DNA of 64,000 bases from Eledone cirrhosa (lineage: Eukaryota). The DNA lies in contig OZ024743.1 of the NCBI GenBank assembly GCA_964016885.1, positions 182,342,001 to 182,406,000 of the forward strand, read 5' to 3'. Positions 13,672 to 26,300 of this stretch are shown piece by piece. The notes below the pieces were generated by a model that was not told where the DNA came from, did not search any database, and saw only the letters and a program-made list of their open reading frames with translations. Numbering within the stretch: the stretch's first letter is position 1; the number at the start of each line of letters is the position of its first letter. The position numbers and the translations under genes were made by a program.

Positions 13672-13910
13672 GTGTAAAGTCTGTCTCAAGCTGGATGTTC
13701 ATCAGGCCAGTGATTATCCTGGTTTCCATGCCGTTAAGCGACTGAGAGTACAATACTCCCCCCTGGACAGGGTGCCAGACCATCGCTGGGTTAAACTCCC
13801 AACTATTGTTGGTACTCATTTTCAGTTGAACACCACACCCAGTCCAGGAATTGAACCCACAATATTATGGTCATAAGTCCACCACCCTTACCACTAGGCC
13901 ACATGCTTCC
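13672..13910 (-). mobile_element. tRNA-derived SINE (family C)
   Basis: Minus strand: A-box tggcctagtggtaagg, B-box gggttcaattcc, central ctgtccagggggagtattgtactctc...ggaaaccaggata, tail gacagacttt. Homologous to 52205-52490. Confidence 0.75.
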
Positions 13911-13934
13911 ATACTAGGAGTTTAGTCTTGGCTA

Positions 13935-15190
13935 AATTGACATTGAAGCCTTTTGATTGTCCAAATATGGTATTTCTTCTAGTTCCCTGCAGGATTCAGC
14001 TATAAGAACTAGGTATTCTTCATACAGGAGTTCACACGGTCAGCCAGTGTTCAACTCCTGTGTTATGGCCTAGAGAGCTAAAATAAACAGGAAAGAGCTG
14101 AGTAGAGAGCCATGGTAGACCCCTTTTTGTGTGCTAAATTCCTCAATATACTCATTGTTAATTCTCATTTTGCAGACTGCACCTCTGTACATGGCTTGTA
14201 CAGCCCTCACAAGCTACTCATCTACCCCTAGTTTTCTTAAGAGCTCACCAGATTATGGAGTGAGTTACTCTGTTAATGGCTTTCTCCAGATCAACAAATG
14301 GCAGGTAGAAGGGTTTACTCTTAGCTAAGTATTTCTCCTACAGTTGTCTCTCAAGCATCAGTGATACTTCTACCTTACATAAAGCTACACAACATCTTGT
14401 CTAGATTAACTGGATCCCTCATCAGTTGTGCTAAAGCTCTTTCCATAACTTTCATGACCTTGTCCATCAACTTGATACTTTTATAATTTCCCCTGTCTCC
14501 TGCATCTCCTTTGCCCTTGTAGCAGTTGGTGCTGCTGCTATGCCAATCATTGAGTATGACACCATTTTACAATGTGTGGGTAAAATATGGCCCACTATTC
14601 CAGATACTTTCACCATCTCAGCTACTGTCCCTGATGGTCCAGCTGCTTTGCCTGTCTTCATATAATAATAATGAAATGAATAATAATAATGAAAGTTGTG
14701 TGCAGTGCTCAGGTGCACTGCAACTCATCAAAAGTGCATGTATAGTACATAGAATAATGTAAAAATGTCAGGAAAGTGAACATTGTATAAGTCATGACAT
14801 ACAAAGATATGCTTGTATGGCAGGGGAATATCAGGTGTAGTGTTGGCAAATTTCAGGAAGTATGAAAGTTTTGAAAGATGCAGTGTCCCGACAGCTACCG
14901 ATGCAGGTAGTTTGTTTCCGAAAGTCATAGGAGCTGTACTACTACACTGCTGTTGACTTGTACAGCTGGTCCCTCTGGATTGGCCTGAGGCACACCATCT
15001 TCCTCCCATGTATTCCTCATTCAACAGTTTCATATAATGGTACTTCTATACATTTTTATTCTCAGCCTCAGTGATGGCAAGTGTACCACTGCCATTCTGA
15101 ACACATTTCTCCCCAATAACATCTTCATTTTCCCTGACAGTGTTTTGTAATCATGAATATCTCATGACTTATCTTCTCACGGACAAACGG
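13935..15190 (-). mobile_element. RTE-clade LINE RT fragments (interrupted at about 14660-14930)
   Basis: MKTGKAAGPSGTVAEMVK; EDVIGEKCVQ..GTLAITE; KLLNEE; remnants of the QGSTMAL and ELLY regions. Confidence 0.75.
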
Positions 15191-15209
15191 GAAATGTAAA
15201 TACATATAT

Positions 15210-15480
15210 ATCATCATCATCACTGTTTTATGTCCATTCTTCCACTCTATCATGGGTTAGACGGGTTGTTCTGTTGTGGGCAATGCCAGGTCAGGTGACC
15301 ATATCTTGCTCATACAGAACTGAATTTGGCTTGATTTCTACAGCTGGATGCCCTTCCTAACACCAATATCATTTACAATAAGTACTGGGTGCTTTTTACC
15401 GTGGCACCTACACAACCTCTTTACAGTGTAGACTGGGTGAATTTTTTTTGTCATGACACCTACACAACCGCTTTACAATG
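15210..15480 (-). mobile_element. SINE family B 3' part
   Basis: Reverse complement of gtgttaggaagggcatccagctgtagaaatcaagcc...gacataaaac plus a (GAT)n tail. Confidence 0.75.
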
Positions 15481-15534
15481 GGAGGTGGTGGGGGCATACT
15501 GTCTATATGTTTCAGCTTCGGCTTGTACTCATGG

Positions 15535-16325
15535 GAAGTTGGGTCTTCCTGTATTACTGCGTAATGCTAGAGGTCTCTGTCCTGTGTCATTGGCTTTGAG
15601 AGGTGCAATTGAGCAAGGTCAGCTACTATCACCTCATCCCAAGGCTTCCATTGACTTTTAGTGCCCTGCACCCTTTTATGCAGCTGTCATCCTTCATACG
15701 CATCACGTGTCCATACCAACGTAATCTCATCTCCTGCACACAGCATTTGATTCCTCTTATGCTTAGTCTCTCTTTCTCAATTTGTTTATGCTTTGTCGTT
15801 CACGTATATTACTATTACACATCCATCGGAGCATGCAAGCTTCGTTTTTTTCTAATCTTTTCAAGTCTTTTGCACACAGCGCCCAGGTCTCACTACCATG
15901 TAACATTGCTGTTTGTATACATGCATCATAGTCTACCTTTCATTTTGAGAGAAAGGCCTTTTGCAGCTAGCAGTGGTGGTAGCTCCCTCAACTTCTTCCA
16001 TCCTATTCTTACCCTGGTACTTTCAGAGCACCTACCTCCGCTGCTAATTCGGTCACCTAGGTAGCTGAAGCTGTCTAATGTTTCTATAGAGCCCTCCCTG
16101 AATTTGGTAGGTCTTGTTTCCTGTGTCAATTTGCTGTCCTGGTGCAACTATTACATAGAAAGCCTACATTCTTAGCTAAACTGAGATCCCACTACATCTC
16201 TTGTGTACCTATAGTTTGCATTTGGAGCAGAGGATTGAATTTCTACCTACACCTTTCCTACATACTGAGCAAGACCATCTCCCAGAGGGGATCTTGGTTC
16301 TGTTTTCTCGTCTACTTACGAGGAC
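15535..16325 (-). mobile_element. RTE-clade LINE 3' fragment
   Basis: IETLDSFSYLGDRISSGGRCSES..VRIGWKKLRELPPLLAAKGLSLKMKGRL; upstream Cys-rich segment and downstream WYGHVMRM. Confidence 0.88.
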
Positions 16326-16608
16326 CTTATATATATATAATAATATTAAAAGGGGACAAATACTCAGTATTGCATCATATACATATTTATATATATATGG
16401 GATAACAAAATAATGTTATAGGTAATCCAGTTAGAGTTTGTGAATACTTCTTATTATGGATAGTTTTAGCATACAGCATTATTTGCCTCAACAAGAGGTT
16501 TACGTAGGTGGCAAGTTTATGATTTCACTTGTAATCCTATGTAAGTTTATCTTGGAGTAATAAAATTGAAAAAGTGGAGAATAATGTTATTCTCCACTTT
16601 TTCAATTT

Positions 16609-16616
<8 letters not shown>

Positions 16617-16677
<61 letters not shown>
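16617..16677. repeat. (TG)n microsatellite
   Basis: Directly visible. Confidence 0.97.
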
Positions 16678-16679
<2 letters not shown>

Positions 16680-17057
16680 ATATTTACAGTTCATGTTCTG
16701 TAGCTAAGAGGTACAACAAAAAAAGGACTGGTAAATATGTACTAAGACTTGAAATGGACATTTAACAATGATATATATATATATTTATATTTCCCCAACA
16801 CCTGTCATCCCAACCCTGTTAGTATGTGTAAACCAATTCAACAGATCTTGTCTTGCAACTAACTTTAATCATGCTGTCTTCAACTGCATCAAGTGTATCA
16901 CAGCCTGCAGCTGTAAAAGCCAAAAGAGTTTGAATTCAGCTGCTGCACCCCACTCCATACACCTCACCTGTCCAACTCACACATACAAGCATGAAAGCTG
17001 GACACGCTCAGCATCTGAGCTCTCACAATACTGTTGCTATCATAAGCATTAAATCCT

Positions 17058-17630
17058 TGTAAAGTGGTCATACTGGTGACATGAGAAAAAGTACCCAGTC
17101 CACATTGTAGAGTGCTTGTGCTGGTGTCACAACAAAAAGCACCCAGTCCAGTCTGTAAAGTGGTTAGTGTTCGGAAAGGGCATCCAACTATAGAAACCAA
17201 GCCAAAATACAGATCTGTATGAGCAAGACATGGTCACCTAACCTGAATTGTCTAATAACATGACTACCTGTCTAACCCATGCAAGCATGGAAAAATACAT
17301 GCTAAATGATATATATGTATATATAAATGAAGTGGTCCCTCTAGAGCTATGACAAATGTGTCCAGCCCTCACTGTATAGTGGTCATATATGCATCAAGGC
17401 ACAAACGCCCAGTCCACGCTGTAAAATGGTTGTGTAGGTGTCACGACAAAAAGCACCCAGCTTACACTGTAAATCTGGTTGGCGTTAGGAAGGGCATCCA
17501 GCTGTAGAAACCACGCCAAAATCGGCCCCGTGTGATCGAAACACGGTCTTCTGACCTGATTCTCTCCCAAAGGGTCAGCCTGTCCTACCCATGTTAGTGT
17601 AGAAAATGGATATTAAATGATGTTGATATA
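17058..17630 (+). mobile_element. Two 5'-truncated SINE family B copies (about 17058-17310 and 17395-17630)
   Basis: aaaagcacccag...ctgtaaa..ggttggcgttaggaagggcatccagctgtagaaacc...cccatg..agcatggaaaa. Confidence 0.75.
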
Positions 17631-17650
17631 ATTATAATGATGTTGATATA

Positions 17651-17750
<100 letters not shown>

Positions 17751-18088
17751 GGAGGCACATGGCTTAGTGGTTAGAGCATTGGCCTTGCAATCGAAAGGTT
17801 GTTAGTTCAATTCTCAGACCGGGTGATGTGTTGTTTCCTTGAGCAAGACACTTTATTTCACATTGCTCTAGTTTACTCAGCTGTAGAAATGAGATGATAG
17901 GGACTGCGGTCCCTATCATTCCACTGCAAAGTGGTCGTGTAGGTGCCACGGCAAAAAAAGCACCCAGCACTCACTGTAAATGAGGTTGGTGTTAGGAAGG
18001 GCATCCAGCTGTAGAAATCAAGCCAGAATCAGTTCCCGTCCCACCCTTGCAAGCAGGGAAAAGTGGACGTAAAATGATGATGATGATT
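17751..18088 (+). mobile_element. Full-length tRNA-derived SINE (family B)
   Basis: A-box tggcttagtggttagagc, B-box agttcaattctc, ccttgagcaagacacttt core, (GAT)n tail. Near-identical inverted copy at 56857-57195. Confidence 0.88.
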
Positions 18089-18095
18089 ATATATA

Positions 18096-18354
18096 TATAT
18101 AAACATACATACACATAGGCCAGCACACACATATATATGCACAGACATGCATGTGTGTGTGTATAACTGCATATATACATCCACACACACACACACACTA
18201 ACGTAAGTTAAGAATGTGTTTTTCCTTTTGAAAAACACATTCTTAACTTAGGTTAGTGTGTGTGTGGATGTATATATGCAGTTATATACACACACATGCA
18301 TGTCTGTGCATATATATGTGTGTGTGCTGGCGTATGTGTATGTATGTTTATATA
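18096..18354. repeat. Fold-back palindrome, ~125-bp arms, 5-nt loop (18225-18229)
   Basis: ...aagttaagaatgtgtttttc-ctttt-gaaaaacacattcttaactt.... Arms match out to tatataaacatacatacacata / tatgtgtatgtatgtttatata, with a few substitutions and dinucleotide length differences. Confidence 0.93.
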
Positions 18355-18707
18355 ATTACGCATACATATATACACCTCATCTACTCTCAGCTATCGATGT
18401 AAATAGCATGGGATTGATGCAATCTCTAATCAACTCTCTCTCTCTCTCCCCAGAGTATATTCAGACATGAAATCGAAGATTAACACCCACTCTGTTAACT
18501 TCTAGGGAAGTGTTTTAGCCATTGTTGTAGTTATTTTGTTGTTTGTTTCACTTCTTTCCACTCAAGAAGCCACTCAACAACAAACGATTGTTTTTCTTTG
18601 TTCATATTTAAGTGTTTATGTCTATCTTTTCTTACTTGTCAAAATATGTGGTCGATGACACATTCCACATCCTAAACATAACTGGCCTGAACAGAAAACT
18701 GTTGTGT

Positions 18708-19092
18708 GCTCATCATCATCATCATCATTATCATTATAATCGCCATCATCATTATCACCACCATCATCATTATCGTCACCACCATCATCATTATTGTCAC
18801 CATCATCATCACCATCATCATTATCACCACCATCATTATCACCATCATTATCACCATCATCATCATCACCACCATCATTATCATCACCATCATTATCATC
18901 ACCATCATTATCATCATCACCATCATCATTATCACCATCACCATCATTATCATCATCACCATCATTATCATCATCACCATCATTATCATCACCATCATCA
19001 TCATCACCATCATCATTATCATCATCACCATCATCATTATCATCATCACCATCATCATTATCATTATCACCATCATCATTATCATCATCACT

Positions 19093-19124
<32 letters not shown>

Positions 19125-19135
19125 CATGATCACCA
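18708..19135. repeat. Degenerate (CAT/CAC/TAT)n trinucleotide tract, ~430 bp
   Basis: Directly visible; produces spurious poly-His, Asp and Met ORFs. Confidence 0.95.
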
Positions 19136-19737
19136 TTTAATGTGAATTTTCCCAAAGCATGGATTAGACAAGTTGTCCAGATGTGAGCCAAGCCAGAGCA
19201 GATGACCGTCTCCAGTTCACACTGGACCGATATATAAAGATACAAACCTGGTTAAAACCAGTTCTGATTCTCTGAAACAAAACCACCCATTTTTAATTTA
19301 AATTAAAATCTTCCGACATAATTTTATATAAGAACCTTACATTAAGTTACTGTCTTACTAATGAAGTAATTAATAATTTTAGAAAATCCTTCCAAATACT
19401 TCATTAATTGAAATAGTTTATTTTATTAGAAAGATGATCCCAGAATGATAGGATAGGAATCAGTAGGGATTATGGCTGATTACTGCCATTAATTTTGACA
19501 AAATTAATTGATATTTAATAATGATAATGAAAATTATTGTGTACAATGCTCAGGTGCACTACAACAAAATGTCTGAAACAGTAGTACAATGACTTAGTTA
19601 AACTTCATAACCAATCTAGTCCGAGACAGTTTTGGTGCTTTGGGCCGCTGAGCATTTCATTTCATATTACCTTGAGCATTACATTTCATATTTCTTTTTA
19701 GGTCTGCAATTTATTTTATCAATTGCTATTTGTGGAA

Positions 19738-19739
<2 letters not shown>

Positions 19740-19810
<71 letters not shown>
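19740..19810. repeat. (CT)n microsatellite
   Basis: Directly visible. Confidence 0.97.
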
Positions 19811-19812
<2 letters not shown>

Positions 19813-19814
<2 letters not shown>

Positions 19815-19858
19815 GTCTGATGACCCTGTGATAAACAGGCGAAACTCTAGAGTAACAT
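19813..19858 (+). ncRNA. Type I minimal hammerhead ribozyme
   Basis: atgt-CTGATGA-c-cctg-tgataaa-cagg-c-GAA-Actctagag-T-A-acat. Stem I atgt/acat, palindromic stem III, GUA site. The 10.1-11.1 pair is a C-C mismatch. Confidence 0.8.
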
Positions 19859-20204
19859 GAAACTCTAGAGTAACATGATTCAAATGAATATTGAAACTCT
19901 ACTTTGGTATTGAGTACTCCCTTCTCTCAGCCGTCTACCATATATATATATATGAATAGTGGGAAAGTTCCATACAAATCAAAGAATATAGTTAAGAAGT
20001 AAAAGTGAAAAAACACAGAGTATATTTATAATATTTTTTTCTTTAATCTGACAAAATGAATATTTTATAATTGTTATATTAAATTGATTTAAATTTAGTC
20101 AAATATTACTAGTTTCGATTGGTATGTCAATCTTAGATATTAAAACAAGTGTGTACTCATATTCTGTGTTAGAACATGGCAGGAATATTATAGTGCCAGA
20201 CAAA

Positions 20205-20306
20205 TGGCCTTCCTTCATTCCTTTACATTCTGAGTGAAGAAGCACTATTGAGTTCAACTTTACTTTCTGGTCTTTCAGAGTCAGTAAAATAAAGTACCAG
20301 TCCTGG
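20205..20306 (+). mobile_element. SINE family A fragment abutting the satellite
   Basis: cctttacattctgagt...gttcaactttactttc...cagtaaaataaagtaccagt matches the bodies at 4657, 51683 and 63388. Confidence 0.65.
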
Positions 20307-23300
20307 GTATTGTTAGTATTGGTGGTATTGTTAGTATTGGTGGTATTGTTAGTATTGGTGGTATTGGTGGTATTGTTAGTATTGGTGGTATTGGTAGTAT
20401 TGGTGGTATTGGTGGTATTGTTAGTATTGGTGGTATTGGTGGTATTGTTAGTATTGGTGGTATTGGTAGTATTGGTGGTATTGGTGGTATTGTTAGTATT
20501 GGTGGTATTGGTAGTATTGGTGGTATTGGTGGTATTGTTAGTATTGGTGGTATTGTTAGTATTGGTGGTATTGTTAGTATTGGTAGTATTGTTAGTATTG
20601 GTGGTATTGTTAGTATTGGTGGTATTGTTAGTATTGGTGGTATTGTTAGTATTGGTGGTATTGTTAGTATTGGTGGTATTGTTAGTATTGGTGGTATTGG
20701 TGGTATTGTTAGTATTGGTGGTATTGGTAGTATTGGTGGTATTGGTGGTATTGTTAGTATTGGTGGTATTGGTAGTATTGGTGGTATTGGTGGTATTGTT
20801 AGTATTGGTGGTATTGGTGGTATTGTTAGTATTGGTGGTATTGTTAGTATTGGTAGTATTGTTAGTATTGGTGGTATTGTTAGTATTGGTGGTATTGTTA
20901 GTATTGGTGGTATTGGTGGTATTGTTAGTATTGGTGGTATTGGTGGTATTGTTAGTATTGGTGGTATTGGTGGTATTGGTAGTATTGGTGGTATTGGTGG
21001 TATTGTTAGTATTGGTGGTATTGTTAGTATTGGTGGTATTGGTGGTATTGTTAGTATTGGTGGTATTGGTGGTATTGGTGGTATTGGTGGTATTGGTGGT
21101 ATTGTTAGTATTGGTGGTATTGGTGGTATTGGTGGTATTGGTGGTATTGGTAGTATTGGTGGTATTGTTAGTATTGGTGGTATTGTTAGTATTGGTGGTA
21201 TTGGTGGTATTGTTAGTATTGGTGGTATTGTTAGTATTGGTGGTATTGTTAGTATTGGTGGTATTGTTAGTATTGGTGGTATTGGTGGTATTGTTAGTAT
21301 TGGTGGTATTGGTGGTATTGTTAGTATTGGTAGTATTGGTGGTATTGTTAGTATTGGTGGTATTGGTGGTATTGTTAGTATTGGTAGTATTGGTGGTATT
21401 GTTACTATTGGTAGTATTGGTGGTATTGTTAGTATTGGTGGTATTGTTAGTATTGGTGGTATTGGTGGTATTGTTAGTATTGGTGGTATTGTTAGTATTG
21501 GTGGTATTGTTAGTATTGGTGGTATTGTTAGTATTGGTGGTATTGGTGGTATTGGTGGTATTGGTGGTATTGTTAGTATTGGTAGTATTGGTGGTATTGT
21601 TAGTATTGGTAGTATTGTTAGTATTGGTGGTATTGTTAGTTTGGGTGGTATTGTTAGTATTGGTGTTATTGTTAGTATTGGTGGTATTGGTGGTATTGGT
21701 GGTATTGTTAGTATTGGTGGTATTGTTAGTATTGCTGGTATTGTTAGTATTGGTGGTATTGGTGGTATTGTTAGTATTGGTGGTATTGTTAGTATTGCTG
21801 GTATTGTTAGTATTGGTGGTATTGTTAGTATTGGTGGTATTGTTAGTATTGTTAGTATTGTTAGTATTGGTAGTATTGGTGGTATTGTTAGTATTGGTGG
21901 TATTGTTAGTATTGTTAGTATTGTTAGTATTGGTAGTATTGGTAGTATTGGTGGTATTGGTAGTATTGGTGGTATTGTTAGTATTGGTGGTATTGTTAGT
22001 ATTGGTGGTATTGTTAGTATTGGTGGTATTGTTAGTATTGGTGGTATTGGTGGTATTGGTAGTATTGGTGGTATTGTTAGTATTGGTGGTATTGTTCGTA
22101 TTGGTGGTATTGTTAGTATTGGTGGTATTGGTGGTATTGTTAGTATTGGTGGTATTGGTAGTATTGGTGGTATTGTTAGTATTGGTGGTATTGTTAGTAT
22201 TGGTGGTATTGTTAGTATTGGTGGTATTGTTAGTATTGGTGGTATTGGTGGTATTGGTAGTATTGGTGGTATTGTTAGTATTGGTGGTATTGTTAGTATT
22301 GGTGGTATTGTTAGTATTGGTGGTATTGTTAGTATTGGTGGTATTGGTGGTATTGGTGGTATTGTTAGTATTGGTGGTATTGTTAGTATTGGTGGTATTG
22401 TTAGTATTGGTGGTATTGGTGGTATTGTTAGTATTGGTGGTATTGGTGGTATTGTTAGTATTGGTGGTATTGTTAGTATTGGTGGTATTGGTGGTATTGG
22501 TGGTATTGTTAGTATTGGTGGTATTGGTGGTATTGTTAGTATTGGTAGTATTGGTGGTATTGTTAGTATTGGTGGTATTGGTGGTATTGTTAGTATTGGT
22601 GGTATTGTTAGTATTGGTGGTATTGGTGGTATTGTTAGTATTGGTGGTATTGGTGGTATTGTTAGTATTGGTGGTATTGGTGGTATTGGTGGTATTGTTA
22701 GTATTGGTGGTATTGTTAGTATTGGTGGTATTGTTAGTATTGGTGGTATTGTTAGTATTGGTGGTATTGGTGGTATTGTTAGTATTGGTGGTATTGTTAG
22801 TATTGGTGGTATTGGTGGTATTGTTAGTATTGGTGGTATTGTTAGTATTGGTGGTATTGGTGGTATTGGTGGTATTGTTAGTATTGGTGGTATTGTTAGT
22901 ATTGGTGGTATTGTTAGTATTGGTGGTATTGTTAGTATTGGTGGTATTGTTAGTATTGGTGGTATTGGTGGTATTGGTGGTATTGTTAGTATTGGTGGTA
23001 TTGTTAGTATTGGTGGTATTGTTAGTATTGGTGGTATTGTTAGTATTGGTGGTATTGGTGGTATTGTTAGTATTGGTGGTATTGGTGGTATTGGTAGTAT
23101 TGGTGGTATTGTTAGTATTGGTGGTATTGTTAGTATTGGTGGTATTGTTAGTATTGGTGGTATTGGTGGTATTGGTGGTATTGGTGGTATCGTTAGTATT
23201 GTTTGTATTGGTGGTATTGGTGGTATAGTTAGTATTGGTGGTATTGGTGGTATTGTTAGTATTGGTGGTATTGGTGGTATAGTTAGTATTGGTGGTATTG

Positions 23301-26300
23301 GTGGTATTGTTAGTATTGGTGGTATTGGTAGTATTGGTGGTATTGTTAGTATTGGTGGTATTGGTGCTATTGTTAGTATTGGTGGTATTGTTAGTATTGG
23401 TGGTATTGTTAGTATTGGTGGTATTGTTAGTATTGCTGGTATTGTTAGTATTGGTGGTATTGGTGGTATTGTTAGTATTGTTTGTATTGGTGGTATTGTT
23501 AGTATTGGTGGTATTGTTAGTATTGGTGGTATTGTTAGTATTGGTGGTATTGTTTGTATTGGTGGTATTGTTAGTATTGGTGGTATTGGTGGTATCGTTA
23601 GTATTGGTGGTATTGTTTGTATTGGTGGTATTGTTAGTATTGGTGGTATTGGTGGTATTGTTAGTATTGGTGGTATTGTTAGTATTGGTGGTATTGGTGG
23701 TATTGTTAGTATTGGTGGTATTGGTGGTATTGTTAGTATTGGTGGTATTGTTAGTATTGGTAGTATTGGTGGTATTGGTAGTATTGGTGGTATTGTTAGT
23801 ATTGGTGGTATTGGTGGTATTGTTAGTATTGGTGGTATTGTTAGTATTGGTGGTATTGGTAGTATTGGTGGTATTGGTAGTATTGGTGGTATTGTTAGTA
23901 TTGGTAGTATTGGTGGTATTGGTGGTATTGTTAGTATTGGTGGTATTGGTACTATTGGTGGTATTGGTAGTATTGGTGGTATTGTTAGTATTGGTGGTAT
24001 TGTTAGTATTGGTGGTATTGGTGGTATTGGTAGTATTGGTGGTATTGGTAGTATTGGTGGTATTGGTGGTATTGGTAGTATTGGTGGTATTGTTAGTATT
24101 GGTGGTATTGGTGGTATTGGTAGTATTGGTGGTATTGGTAGTATTGGTGGTATTGGTGGTATTGTTAGTATTGTTTGTATTGGTGGTATTGTTAGTATTG
24201 GTGGTATTGTTAGTATTGGTGGTATTGGTAGTATTGGTGGTATTGTTAGTATTGGTGGTATTGTTAGTATTGGTGGTATTGTTAGTATTGGTGGTATTGG
24301 TGGTATTGTTAGTATTGGTAGTATTGGTGGTATTGTTAGTATTGGTGGTATTGTTAGTATTGGTAGTATTGGTAGTATTGGTGGTATTGGTAGTATTGGT
24401 GGTATTGTTAGTATTGGTGGTATCGTTAGTATTGGTGGTATTGGTGGTATTGGTAGTATTGGTGGTATTGTTAGTATTGGTGGTATTGTTAGTATTGGTA
24501 GTATTGGTGGTATTGGTGGTATTGTTAGTATTGGTGGTATTGGTACTATTGGTGGTATTGGTAGTATTGGTGGTATTGTTAGTATTGGTGGTATTGTTAG
24601 TATTGGTGGTATTGTTAGTATTGGTGGTATTGTTTGTATTGGTAGTATTGGTGGTATTGGTAGTATTGGTGGTATTGGTGGTATTGGTAGTATTGGTGGT
24701 ATTGTTAGTATTGGTGGTATTGGTGGTATTGGTAGTATTGGTGGTATTGGTAGTATTGGTGGTATTGGTGGTATTGGTAGTATTGGTGGTATTGTTAGTA
24801 TTGGTGGTATTGTTTGTATTGGTAGTATTGGTGGTATTGGTAGTATTGGTGGTATTGGTGGTATTGGTAGTATTGGTGGTATTGGTAGTATTGGTGGTAT
24901 TGGTGGTATTGGTAGTATTGGTGGTATTGTTAGTATTGGTGGTATTGTTTGTATTGGTGGTATTGGTAGTATTGGTGGTATTGGTAGTATTGGTGGTATT
25001 GGTAGTATTGGTGGTATTGTTAGTATTGGTTATTGGTAGTATTGGTCGGTATTGTTAGTATTGGTAGTATTGGTGGTATTGTTAGTATTGGTGGTATTGT
25101 TAGTATTGGTAGTATTGGTGGTATTGTTAGTATTGGTGGTATTGTTAGTATTGGTGGTATTGGTAGTATTGGTGGTATTGGTAGTATTGTTAGTATTGGT
25201 GGTATTGTTAGTATTGGTTAGTATTGGTGGTATTGGTAGTATTGGTGGTATTGTTTGTATTGGTAGTATTGGTAGTATTGGTGGTATTGGTAGTATTGGT
25301 GGTATTGTTTGTATTGGTGGTATTGTTAGTATTGGTAGTATTGTTAGTATTGGTGGTATTGTTAGTATTGGTGGTATTGTTTGTATTGGTGGTATTGGTA
25401 GTATTGGTGGTATTGGTAGTATTGGTGGTATTGTTAGTATTGGTAGTATTGTTAGTATTGGTGGTATTGGTAGTATTGGTGGTATTGTTTGTATTGGTAG
25501 TATTGTTAGTATTGGTGGTATTGTTAGTATTGGTGGTATTGTTTGTATTGGTGGTATTGGTAGTATTGGTGGTATTGGTAGTATTGGTGGTATTGTTAGT
25601 ATTGGTGGTATTGTTAGTATTGTTAGTATTGGTGGTATTGGTGGTATTGGTAGTATTGGTGGTATTGTTAGTATTGGTAGTATTGGTGGTATTGTTAGTA
25701 TTGGTGGTATTGTTTGTATTGGTAGTATTGGTGGTATTGTTGTATTGGTAGTATTGTTGTATTGGTGGTATTGTTAGTATTGGTGGTATTGTTAGTATTG
25801 GTGGTATTGTTAGTATTGGTAGTATTGGTGGTATTGTTAGTATTGGTGGTATTGTTAGTATTGGTGGTATTGTTAGTATTGGTGGTATTGGTTGTATTGG
25901 TAGTATTGGTGGTATTGTTAGTATTGGTGGTATTGTTAGTATTGGTGGTATTGTTAGTATTGGTGGTATTGGTTGTATTGGTGGTATTGTTAGTATTGGT
26001 GGTATTGTTAGTATTGGTGGTATTGTTAGTATTGGTGGTATTGTTAGTATTGGTGGTATTGTTAGTATTGGTGGTATTGTTAGTATTGTTAGTATTGGTG
26101 GTATTGTTAGTATTGTTAGTATTGGTGGTATTGGTAGTATTGGTGGTATTGTTAGTATTGGTGGTATTGTTAGTATTGTTAGTATTGGTGGTATTGTTTG
26201 TATTGGTAGTATTGGTGGTATTGGTTGTATTGGTGGTATTGTTAGTATTGGTGGTATTGTTAGTATTGGTGGTATTGTTAGTATTGGTGGTATTGTTAGT

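Noticed and set aside
17751-17825. tRNA genes here and at 52205, 57120-57195 and 13840-13910
   Set aside because: A and B boxes are present, but they continue into SINE bodies and lack a proper cloverleaf acceptor stem.
18612-19245. Poly-His, poly-Asp and poly-Met proteins
   Set aside because: All frames are open because of the (CAT)n tract. It grades into a SINE-type tail, with no supporting gene structure.
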